Source of the DNA: a virus
Strand: one strand, 5' to 3'
IMG/VR virus record: IMGVR_UViG_3300031133_000003
Span: 1 to 48,100 of that record
DNA: 48,100 nucleotides
Notes under the pieces: generated by a model
The model's input: the letters and a program-made list of their open reading frames with translations, nothing else
The model's database searches: none
What the model was told of the DNA's origin: nothing
Shown: piece after piece, positions 41,143 to 48,100 of the stretch
How positions within the stretch are numbered: the stretch's first letter is position 1
Layout: every line of letters starts with the position of its first letter
Made by a program: the position numbers and the translations under genes

Positions 41143-43062
41143 TTAGTGGATTTCATACCAATTCTTTCCAATTGACGCGTCTCCTATCTGTGGAACTTTA
41201 AACGCGTAGTAATCACTAGCGTCAGCGTAAGCCTTAAGTACAATCTTAGCTACATCCTGAGCAATTTCTTCTCTGCATTCGGTTGTAAATTCATCGTGAT
41301 TGAAGTTTACAATCAAGAAATCATCACCCCATTTGTACCTCTCCGACAAGTATTGATGTGCCAGATTATACGCCTTCGACATAAAAATCGCTTCATCATT
41401 CTGTAAGGTGTAAACTAGAACAGCGTGCTCTGACTGTATGAAGTTCGGGGCACCGTCTATTGATGTCACCCATCCATCGTAGTATTCAAGCTTATTCCAC
41501 TTGTTCATTCTACGCTTAGCTCTCTTTCTCCATTCAGCAGTGAGTTCATCCATAACCCTAGCCTGGGCTGGGAACAACTCACGCAACGCCTCCCTAATCT
41601 CAGCACCAACCTCCTTATTTCCATGGACCATTCTACCTAGCTTTGGGTCCCCGGCTCCAAACTTCCAGCCAAAGCCAATGTTTTTCCCTGCACCGCGCTT
41701 AATCCGCTTTAGGCCATACTTATCACAAATCTTATTAACGCGATTCATAACAAGTGTGTGTGCATCCGTGCCCTGCTCCTTGTCTCCCTCCAAAAGGATG
41801 CGTGTAAGCTCTGGGTCGTTAGCTCTTGATGCGAGCATTCTGTCCTGGCAACCCGCTGCATCGCACCCGACTAGTGTATACCCCTCACGAGCAATGAAAC
41901 ACTTACGCATCATGGGACCCATAAATGCATCAGCATTAGGGACGTTAACAATCTGCTTGTGCTTCATCCTCCGGGTGTCTGCCAGACCCGATACGATGCT
42001 CGATAATCTTCCATCCTCCCTCACGTTAGCGAGATAACCGCGCATAATAGAAGCTCGGTCATTCACACGAGAACGAAGAACAATCAGATTACCAGCTACC
42101 CCCTCAACACCCTCAAAGGTAGTATCTTTGTTCAGCTTAGGTGATGTGTTCTCCCCAGCATCATTTGTATTCCAAGCATCTGGAATCCAGCCGTTATCTA
42201 GGAGGAATCTCTTAACCTCATCATCACTACCTAGCTTTATCTTCCTCACCTCAACCCGCGAGAAAGGAGCTGCTACAATGTGGCTGTCCTCTCCAAACAC
42301 CTTCAACACTGACTCAGAATAGATAGGTTTCTCAGGGGAGCTGCCCTTCATGAACACTTTTTTAACGTATTTGTAAGGGCCTCCACCCTTCTCTTTAGTT
42401 TCAGCTGGTTTGCAGATATAGGGAAGACTAGCCTCCAGCATCCGGTCTATTCGCCCCACCCAATGAGCAGCAAGATTAAGTGAGCGCTCGATGTGTTTAA
42501 CGTCTAAGCGCCAACCTGCATCCTCCTGCATTTGTAGATTCTCAAACAACTTGAAGGTCAGCATATGTGCATCCCTCCAATTGAGGCCCTTCCCTTCCTT
42601 CATCAGCTCATGGTACACAGCAACGTTAATGGCTGTATCTTCCGAACAACGATGAAGCATCTCCTCACTGAATGTCTCCCAATCTTCATGCTCAGGCTTA
42701 CCGCGCCCTACACGATATCCCCAGCAGCCTAAGCCATGTGGGCTCTTCATCGCCTTTGGGTCTCCCCTGGCTGTCAAAGGGGCCTGACGATTTGGACATT
42801 GCAAACGAGACATGAGGAGCGTGTCAACCTTCTTCCCTTTATACTCATATCCTAACACTTTCTTCACAGCTGGTAGGTCATAGCTGAGCACATTATGTCC
42901 AATTAACACATCACAGCTGTCCATGAACGCTACAGCTTCCTTCATCTGATGTGGGCGGAAAATATCAACTTGCTTGTCATCCAGGCTACGGAACACCATG
43001 CAGTGAATTGTGTCGGGTGTCAAGCCATTCGCCTCTATGTCGAACACCCTTACCTTTGTCAT
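41143..43062 (-). CDS. family-A DNA polymerase with 3'-5' exonuclease domain
   Basis: Exonuclease motifs VFDIEANGL and HNVLSYDLP. Polymerase motifs DAAGCQDRMLA, RGAGKNIGFGWKFG and NFNHDE. Confidence 0.92.
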   Translation of the reverse strand: MTKVRVFDIEANGLTPDTIHCMVFRSLDDKQVDIFRPHQMKEAVAFMDSCDVLIGHNVLSYDLPAVKKVLGYEYKGKKVDTLLMSRLQCPNRQAPLTARGDPKAMKSPHGLGCWGYRVGRGKPEHEDWETFSEEMLHRCSEDTAINVAVYHELMKEGKGLNWRDAHMLTFKLFENLQMQEDAGWRLDVKHIERSLNLAAHWVGRIDRMLEASLPYICKPAETKEKGGGPYKYVKKVFMKGSSPEKPIYSESVLKVFGEDSHIVAAPFSRVEVRKIKLGSDDEVKRFLLDNGWIPDAWNTNDAGENTSPKLNKDTTFEGVEGVAGNLIVLRSRVNDRASIMRGYLANVREDGRLSSIVSGLADTRRMKHKQIVNVPNADAFMGPMMRKCFIAREGYTLVGCDAAGCQDRMLASRANDPELTRILLEGDKEQGTDAHTLVMNRVNKICDKYGLKRIKRGAGKNIGFGWKFGAGDPKLGRMVHGNKEVGAEIREALRELFPAQARVMDELTAEWRKRAKRRMNKWNKLEYYDGWVTSIDGAPNFIQSEHAVLVYTLQNDEAIFMSKAYNLAHQYLSERYKWGDDFLIVNFNHDEFTTECREEIAQDVAKIVLKAYADASDYYAFKVPQIGDASIGKNWYEIH

Positions 43063-43280
43063 TTGTTCTCCAATTGAATAGGACGAACTTTCTCAACTAT
43101 AACCTGGTCATAGTGCTCTTTCAACATATCCAGGTACTCTTCGGATGACTGCCCTTCTCCCCAAGAGCCTTCATCAACGCACTCCTCTGAGTTGATGGAT
43201 AGCTCCTGCCATTCCTTATGGTTCAGATATACCACCCACCCAGCTTCTTTATGAGTTACTTTATGCGTCCATTTCGCCAT
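43059..43280 (-). CDS. ENK-tail mini-protein i (73 aa, acidic; tail ..VRPIQLENK)
   Basis: Overlaps the sigma gene end by 20 nt. Its stop overlaps the polymerase ATG. Confidence 0.6.
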   Translation of the reverse strand: MAKWTHKVTHKEAGWVVYLNHKEWQELSINSEECVDEGSWGEGQSSEEYLDMLKEHYDQVIVEKVRPIQLENK

Positions 43281-43749
43281 ACTTCTCTTTCACCTCTCTC
43301 CGAAATCGCATTACAGCCATCTTAATGGCTCCCTCTGACAGCCCTGTAATCTTAGATGTCTTCTCCACTTTCTCTCCACTAATCATGCTAAGATAGACAG
43401 CAGAGCGATGTGGCTCATCAAGCTTCTCCATTTCTTGCAACACTTCCCCAAGAACACCAGAGGCTCTCATTTCATCAGCAAGCTCCCCGCTCTCCCACAT
43501 CCACTCTTCCAGCTCCTCCCCTGATACATTATCTCGTAAGTATTCACGGATAACAGTGCCTAGCACATATTTGATGTAATAGTCCATCTCAAGGATGGGC
43601 TTCTTATTTCCAGCGTATTGAAGGCAACGTGTGTACGCCTCACTGACACAATCCTCATGCCAGAACTCCCCCACTTGACGTTTAGCCATAGCAAGGATGG
43701 GCTTACGTTGCTCCTCAAAGTGTTTAGTGATTAGTTCGACTGTGTTCAT
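43261..43749 (-). CDS. ECF-like sigma factor (regions 2 and 4 only)
   Basis: Region-4 HTH LDEPHRSAVYLSMISGEKVEKTSKITGLSEGAIKMAVMRFRREV. Region-2-like EDCVSEAYTRCL and YIKYVLGTVIREYLRD. Confidence 0.7.
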   Translation of the reverse strand: MNTVELITKHFEEQRKPILAMAKRQVGEFWHEDCVSEAYTRCLQYAGNKKPILEMDYYIKYVLGTVIREYLRDNVSGEELEEWMWESGELADEMRASGVLGEVLQEMEKLDEPHRSAVYLSMISGEKVEKTSKITGLSEGAIKMAVMRFRREVKEKYGEMDA

Positions 43750-43892
43750 TCTTCTTTCACCTGAATAGCTGAAACAAATTCCAACCCTTTGATGTCCGGA
43801 TTATTATATGCTTCTGATGAGGCAGCATCCCAGATGATATCTACGTCCCACTCGTCTTCGCACTCAACAACCATCACTAGTTTTATTTTCAT
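43746..43892 (-). CDS. micro-ORF (48 aa, very acidic: MKIKLVMVVECEDEWDVDIIWDAASSEAYNN...)
   Basis: ATGA overlaps with both the primase stop and the sigma start. Confidence 0.35.
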   Translation of the reverse strand: MKIKLVMVVECEDEWDVDIIWDAASSEAYNNPDIKGLEFVSAIQVKEE

Positions 43893-45547
43893 AATTCTAC
43901 AAATGCTCCGTTACGTTTATTCCAATACAGATTAGTGGGACCAACTTCACCAAACTCTCGGTCTTCTAAAAGAACAATCTGTCGGCAGTTTCGGTCATCT
44001 TCTGGTAAGTCAGGGTCTTTATTTCCCTCGATACCGAATAGATAGTTACAGCTACGGGCCATGGCGCGAGAACCAGCAAACTGACTGGACAGCACCTTAC
44101 CTCCACGCTCATGTGGAGTGCCACTCTCGGGGTTGCGCAAGTGACAGAAGATGAAGATGACAATATCTAAATCCAACGCCATAGCAGCCAGTTCCTGAGC
44201 AATTTCCTGGAGCTTGGTGTTAGCTGTTGCTGCGTCCATTCCGTTAGTGAGGTTTGTGATTGGGTCTATGAACACAGCTTTAACACCCTGTGCAGCAGCA
44301 GCCCTGATATCCGCTCTAAGAGTCTCCCAGCCTAAATGCTGGTAGAGGTTGAGCAGCACCACTTTCCCCCTCATAATCTCACAGGCTTTGTCATAAGCGG
44401 GTTCATCAAAAGCAATCTCCGGGTCATGAAAGATAGCCTCGGCGATTTTACCAGCCAACAGCTTCACTGTCTTGGCGTTTGCTTCCTCCGGCTTAGCCAT
44501 CATAATCTTCAAGCCGTGCTCTTTAATCAGATGAGCACCAATGGCATTAACCACCTCACTCTTCCCCATCTTCTGAGCAGCGCCAATATAGATTGTCTCA
44601 CCAAAGCGAATACCACGAGTCTTCTTCGTAGTTTCTTTCCAAGGCCAAGACAAACCATATTCAGCTGGCTTCTTAGCCTGTTCAAACAAATCCTCAGCAT
44701 AGACAAGACGTGTATTCTTCGGGATTGTTGCATTGAACAACACAGCGTTAACTAGCGCCTTAATGTGACCGTTGACAACACAATCATTCACGTCCTTCCC
44801 AGGAACTGTTGCTACTTTTGCTTCTGGAATGATGCGTAATACATCTTCCACAGCAGCTCTGCCAGCGTCATCTTGGTCAAACACCAGAACCACTTCCTTA
44901 AAGTGTTTCCGAAGCTCGGGGAGAATCTTGCCAATGTCACGGCTTGCCGATGCTGCGCCATGAGGAACTGATACCACCGCAGGAATGTTGTCTGCATATT
45001 GAGCACTCGCTTTATTCTTCTTCATTAGTTCAGCGAACAAGCTCATGGCATCAATCTCCCCCTCCGTAATGTAAACACGGGGACTCCCTGATGCTATTGC
45101 CTGTTGCCATCCGAAGGGATAGACATTCTTCACACTGCCTAATGAGAAGATGCGTTTACCTTCTACGATACGCACTTTATATCCACCTAGCTCGCCACTA
45201 CCAATCTCATGATATGGATAGTAATGAACCTCTACATCCTCCTGACGTTCCTGGTCTAAGGAGACATGGCAATTGAAATAGCGCATGGTTCCTAAGCCAA
45301 TCTTACGGTCATCTAAGCCCTTAACAGGGTATTGACCAATCTCATCAAGCTCCTTCTTGATTTCTTCTGGAGACTTTACTGTGCGTTCAATGCCAGCCTT
45401 CTCCATTGTGTTACCGCCCAACGGATTTGGTTCATAGCCCTTACAGCTAAAACAAAACCCTGTCACTCGTCCATCTGGTTCTTCATATAAGTTTAAGCCG
45501 TGGCGGGAGCCACAGGCGTGACCAGTTCTTCCCACGAGGATTCCCAT
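43889..45547 (-). CDS. bifunctional primase-helicase (T7 gp4-like)
   Basis: Zn-finger Cys/His cluster, TOPRIM EGEIDAMS and FDQDDAG, and DnaB-type Walker A GAAQKMGKSE. Confidence 0.9.
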   Translation of the reverse strand: MGILVGRTGHACGSRHGLNLYEEPDGRVTGFCFSCKGYEPNPLGGNTMEKAGIERTVKSPEEIKKELDEIGQYPVKGLDDRKIGLGTMRYFNCHVSLDQERQEDVEVHYYPYHEIGSGELGGYKVRIVEGKRIFSLGSVKNVYPFGWQQAIASGSPRVYITEGEIDAMSLFAELMKKNKASAQYADNIPAVVSVPHGAASASRDIGKILPELRKHFKEVVLVFDQDDAGRAAVEDVLRIIPEAKVATVPGKDVNDCVVNGHIKALVNAVLFNATIPKNTRLVYAEDLFEQAKKPAEYGLSWPWKETTKKTRGIRFGETIYIGAAQKMGKSEVVNAIGAHLIKEHGLKIMMAKPEEANAKTVKLLAGKIAEAIFHDPEIAFDEPAYDKACEIMRGKVVLLNLYQHLGWETLRADIRAAAAQGVKAVFIDPITNLTNGMDAATANTKLQEIAQELAAMALDLDIVIFIFCHLRNPESGTPHERGGKVLSSQFAGSRAMARSCNYLFGIEGNKDPDLPEDDRNCRQIVLLEDREFGEVGPTNLYWNKRNGAFVEL

Positions 45548-45557
45548 CTACTCTCCT

Positions 45558-45788
45558 TTATTTGTTAATAAAAAGACGCGGTGAGATAAGTGTCAGGGCC
45601 TTAGCCGAAATCACATCTCCTTTACCGATGTATCTGTCGCTTTCTTTGTGTGAGACTACCACAACCCTGACTTTCTGTTGTTCCTCGAAAACAGCCTCTA
45701 CCCGCATAATTGCAGCTGAGGTTGTGTATCCATAAACTCCATCAGCATACGCATTCCCGGTTGCCTTATCTCCAACCTTAAATTTCAT
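45558..45788 (-). CDS. ENK-tail mini-protein j (76 aa; MKFKVGD..., tail ..SPRLFINK)
   Basis: ATGA overlap with the ATP-grasp stop. Its own stop is followed by a separate AGGAG for the primase. Confidence 0.6.
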   Translation of the reverse strand: MKFKVGDKATGNAYADGVYGYTTSAAIMRVEAVFEEQQKVRVVVVSHKESDRYIGKGDVISAKALTLISPRLFINK

Positions 45789-46546
45789 AGCATCTCCTTA
45801 AATCGTTTAGCATAGCCATCTAGCGTAGTGCCTGACAAACCTGGGGCTGTGTTTACCTCCAACACTACATACAAATCATCCTTCTTATTCCAGACGATGT
45901 CTACAGCACCGAAGTCTAAACCAAGAGCTTCTACAGCTATGATAGCATTCTTGCTTGCCACTTCATTCTCTTCAACACCTTCACGAGCAAAGATGAATCC
46001 ACCGTCAAGATTGCGTATCTGCCAATTCACCTCTTCCTTTGGAACGTCAAGCTTACGCGCCTTACGCTGAATGTCCACCACCTTACCCATAAAGACATGG
46101 TAACGATATTCTTCCTGCTTCTTCACATAGGCAGTATACAGCGGAGCATCCACCAAATCATCTGCACTGTCAGCCATAACGATGCCGACACCACTATGCC
46201 CGTTAAGAACAGTGCGACACACAACGCTACGAGAATCATCTTCCTGGAGATACGCACTAGCTTGTTCCTTGCTTGTGAAGAATGGGGGAATAGAGACATT
46301 CGCTTGTTGGAAAAGTTCAAAAGATTTTAATTTATTTGAAGCGTTACGGATGTTCTCTGGTTTGTTGAGGATGTGACATGCTGCCACTTGGTCAGGAAGA
46401 GCAGCACTTCCCCAGTTGATTACACGCTTTAATTGGCTGCCTCTAAACTTGCTGTTGCCATGCTTAATGCGTTTAACTTCTAATGCCTGGGACAGAGACT
46501 TCGCCCCTTCACTGAATGGGTTATGTGAATAGATGTATGTCTTCAT
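45785..46546 (-). CDS. ATP-grasp ligase (RimK-like)
   Basis: VVCRTVLNGHSGVGIV, EEYRYHVF, and LGLDFGAVDIVWN..LYVVLEVNTAPGL. Likely start is MKTYIY at 46546, overlapping the stop of ENK gene k. Confidence 0.8.
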   Translation of the reverse strand: MKTYIYSHNPFSEGAKSLSQALEVKRIKHGNSKFRGSQLKRVINWGSAALPDQVAACHILNKPENIRNASNKLKSFELFQQANVSIPPFFTSKEQASAYLQEDDSRSVVCRTVLNGHSGVGIVMADSADDLVDAPLYTAYVKKQEEYRYHVFMGKVVDIQRKARKLDVPKEEVNWQIRNLDGGFIFAREGVEENEVASKNAIIAVEALGLDFGAVDIVWNKKDDLYVVLEVNTAPGLSGTTLDGYAKRFKEML

Positions 46547-46737
46547 TTGTTTTCCATTTGAGTGAATATTTTCTTTAGGTTGTGTGCCCAAGTACACCAT
46601 CTTCCGTCTCCAAATGAAGGCAAGATGCTTTGAACCGTACAGGTAGCATCTCCCGGCTCATGCCTGTAGATATAAACCTTCTCTCCGGCCTTTAGGTATT
46701 TTCCCTCATTAGCTATTACAACATGCGTAGCTTTCAT
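46543..46737 (-). CDS. ENK-tail mini-protein k (64 aa; tail ..IFTQMENK)
   Basis: ATGA overlaps at both ends. Confidence 0.6.
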   Translation of the reverse strand: MKATHVVIANEGKYLKAGEKVYIYRHEPGDATCTVQSILPSFGDGRWCTWAHNLKKIFTQMENK

Positions 46738-46964
46738 TTGTTCTCCCAATTAAGAATCACCTTACTAACATCCCGCTCAACATTGTGAGACCAGACATCA
46801 AACACTCGTCCAGGTGCTAGCCGGTTGAGCCCCTCACAGAAATTCTTTACAACAACAAACTTAGCACTATCTCCATTCCGGCTAACGAGCTTAGCATGAA
46901 CGAACAGATTATCATGCCGTCTATGCATCCTCACCTTATACAAGGTTTTCTTATTCAGCTTCAT
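46734..46964 (-). CDS. ENK-tail mini-protein l (76 aa; tail ..VILNWENK)
   Basis: ATGA overlaps at both ends. Confidence 0.6.
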   Translation of the reverse strand: MKLNKKTLYKVRMHRRHDNLFVHAKLVSRNGDSAKFVVVKNFCEGLNRLAPGRVFDVWSHNVERDVSKVILNWENK

Positions 46965-47161
46965 TTGTTCACCATGTACTTGGGCTTGACAGATTTCATC
47001 ACCCACTGTAGACGCTCTAGTTGCTCTTTTGTATAGTCTCCAAACCACCCTCCAAAAGAGCCATCCGCATAAGCAGCTCTCACCTTACGGCTGCGCTCGT
47101 TCCATTCAATATTATGGCTTAAAACCGTTTCAATAGTTCCAATGTGTGTCGCTTTATCCAT
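46961..47161 (-). CDS. ENK-tail mini-protein m (66 aa; tail ..VKPKYMVNK)
   Basis: TAATG overlap with the amidoligase stop. GGGAG 7 nt upstream. Confidence 0.6.
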   Translation of the reverse strand: MDKATHIGTIETVLSHNIEWNERSRKVRAAYADGSFGGWFGDYTKEQLERLQWVMKSVKPKYMVNK

Positions 47162-47967
47162 TACCAATCTCCCATATACGCGTATTGTTGAACACGACGA
47201 ACACTGTCACGAATAGCATCATCAAATGCTGCTGTCCATTCAATGTCCTTAGCAAATGGCCCTAACACCTTAGTGAAGAAGCCATAGCTGCCCATCATAG
47301 AAGAATCAGAGACAATCTGTGCTGGGTTATCAATCTCACGAGCCAGATGTTTGAGGTGTTGCAAAAGACGGCACCACCAAGCTACAGCCTCTAAATCCCC
47401 ATCAGCACGCCATGCACGGAATTCAACGGAGCCATAGTCACCCAATGCCTTAACATTGATTGAAGCGTAACGCAGGTCATCTGTGTGCAAGATGCGCAGG
47501 TCTTGCTGCTTAACGCTCTCCATCAACATCTCAATCAGGTATTCAGCATCTGAGGCGCGGAGACAGAACAGGTTGCCAATGCGATGTTCCCCGCATTTGT
47601 TAACCAGAATTTCCTCAACCACCAGATAAAGACTGATGTAGTTGAACAGCTGTGTCACTGTCAGGTCAGAACAGTTGATATGAACGTGCACACCAGCGTT
47701 AGGGCTGTTCTTAATCTTACTACCTTGTGTCTCCCAGGCTGCTTTCAGCTCTGCCAGAGCAGCGTTCTCAGCGCCAAAGGGAATGGGTTTACGGAGGACA
47801 TATTCATATGATTCACCACGCAGGGAGCCATCAGCTTCGCTCTTCCAAACCTTTGTGTCTACATATGGGAGGTTGGCTCCCTCTGTTTCAATCTCAATGC
47901 CCTGATGGTCTGTGTATTGTCCATCAATGCGCAGGAGAGATTTCACTGTCTTTTTTTCGTATTTCAC
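47161..47967 (-). CDS. Amidoligase_2-type carboxylate-amine ligase
   Basis: GIEIETEG, NAGVHVHIN and YGSVEFRAW motifs (glutamine-synthetase/GCS2-like ligase pattern). GTG start directly after the TAA of ENK gene a. Confidence 0.7.
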   Translation of the reverse strand: MKYEKKTVKSLLRIDGQYTDHQGIEIETEGANLPYVDTKVWKSEADGSLRGESYEYVLRKPIPFGAENAALAELKAAWETQGSKIKNSPNAGVHVHINCSDLTVTQLFNYISLYLVVEEILVNKCGEHRIGNLFCLRASDAEYLIEMLMESVKQQDLRILHTDDLRYASINVKALGDYGSVEFRAWRADGDLEAVAWWCRLLQHLKHLAREIDNPAQIVSDSSMMGSYGFFTKVLGPFAKDIEWTAAFDDAIRDSVRRVQQYAYMGDW

Positions 47968-48100
47968 TTATTTGTTCTCCATTTGTAAAGGGCGGGCTAG
48001 CTTAAAGCTGTCGGGGCAATGGCTCCAATGCCCACCTAACGGCATCCCTTCATTAAATTCCTTGAATTGTAATCCCATGTCTGTTATGGCAGCAATTCTG
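47968..48100 (-). CDS. 3' part of ENK-tail mini-protein a (the same gene as 1..204, seen in the duplicated end)
   Basis: ..SFKLARPLQMENK then TAA at 47968-47970. Confidence 0.6.
   Translation of the reverse strand, partial: RIAAITDMGLQFKEFNEGMPLGGHWSHCPDSFKLARPLQMENK
47974..48100. repeat. Exact 127-bp duplicate of 1..127
   Basis: Read directly. Confidence 0.95.

Noticed and set aside
40592-47985. The ENK junction motif (GGAGAAC) read as the -35 (GGAAC-like) element of promoters for the phage ECF sigma
   Set aside because: Aligning the ten adjacent junctions shows no conserved -10-like block 15-18 nt downstream. The motif always sits at RBS distance from a start codon.
1-48100. Search for tRNA genes, CRISPR arrays, integrase/repressor (lysogeny) genes, reverse transcriptase/DGR repeats, and introns or inteins in polymerase, terminase and primase
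   Set aside because: No T-loop (GGTTCGAAT-like) cloverleaf candidates or spaced direct repeats were seen. No tyrosine or serine recombinase motifs and no RT motifs were seen. The polymerase, terminase and primase-helicase motifs are contiguous.

Overview
The window is a complete, circularly assembled dsDNA phage genome. Bases 1-127 are an exact copy of 47974-48100, so the unit length is 47,973 bp. All function calls rest on motif recognition by eye, because no database search was possible.

Layout:
- Two divergent arms leave a ~470-bp control region (10527-10992).
- The rightward (+) late arm spans 10993-34958. It encodes an SGNH-esterase tailspike, small and large terminase, portal, scaffold and major capsid, followed by an intrinsic terminator. 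Then come T7 gp11/gp12-like tail-tube proteins, internal virion proteins (including 1616 aa and 734 aa), a holin / SAR-endolysin / overlapped-spanin lysis cassette, and a second tail-fibre module.
- The leftward (-) arm runs 10526 -> 1, crosses the junction and continues 47967 -> 35034. It starts with a wHTH gene and tandem sigma70-type promoters, then many tiny early ORFs and HNH genes.
- Next on that arm is a block of amide-bond enzymes: COOH-NH2 ligase, class-II amidotransferase, C26 gamma-glutamyl-hydrolase-like protein, Amidoligase_2 and ATP-grasp.
- The arm ends with the replication and other genes: primase-helicase, ECF-like sigma factor, family-A DNA polymerase, SSB-like protein, flap endonuclease, HNH, a dNTP-pyrophosphohydrolase-like protein, an HslV/proteasome-like Ntn hydrolase, an exonuclease and glutaredoxin.
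- The two arms converge on a hairpin at about 34.97 kb.
- I saw no phage RNA polymerase, integrase, tRNA or CRISPR array. The phage looks virulent and podovirus-like, and the spanins and SAR endolysin point to a Gram-negative host.

Most unusual signal: thirteen 64-77-aa ORFs on the leftward arm all end in a shared tail, P-x-Q-[MWL]-E-N-K or -[FM]-[VTI]-N-K. Ten of the 13 sit directly upstream of, and are translationally coupled to, the next gene, which in eight cases is a large gene or another family member (two of them sit in a tandem run of three). They thread through the block of three carboxylate-amine ligases and two amidotransferase/hydrolase genes.

I regard this mini-protein family plus ligase island, with the Ntn peptidase elsewhere on the arm, as the candidate undescribed system. 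It may be peptide tagging, C-terminal modification, or synthesis of a peptide-like product. That reading is inference only.
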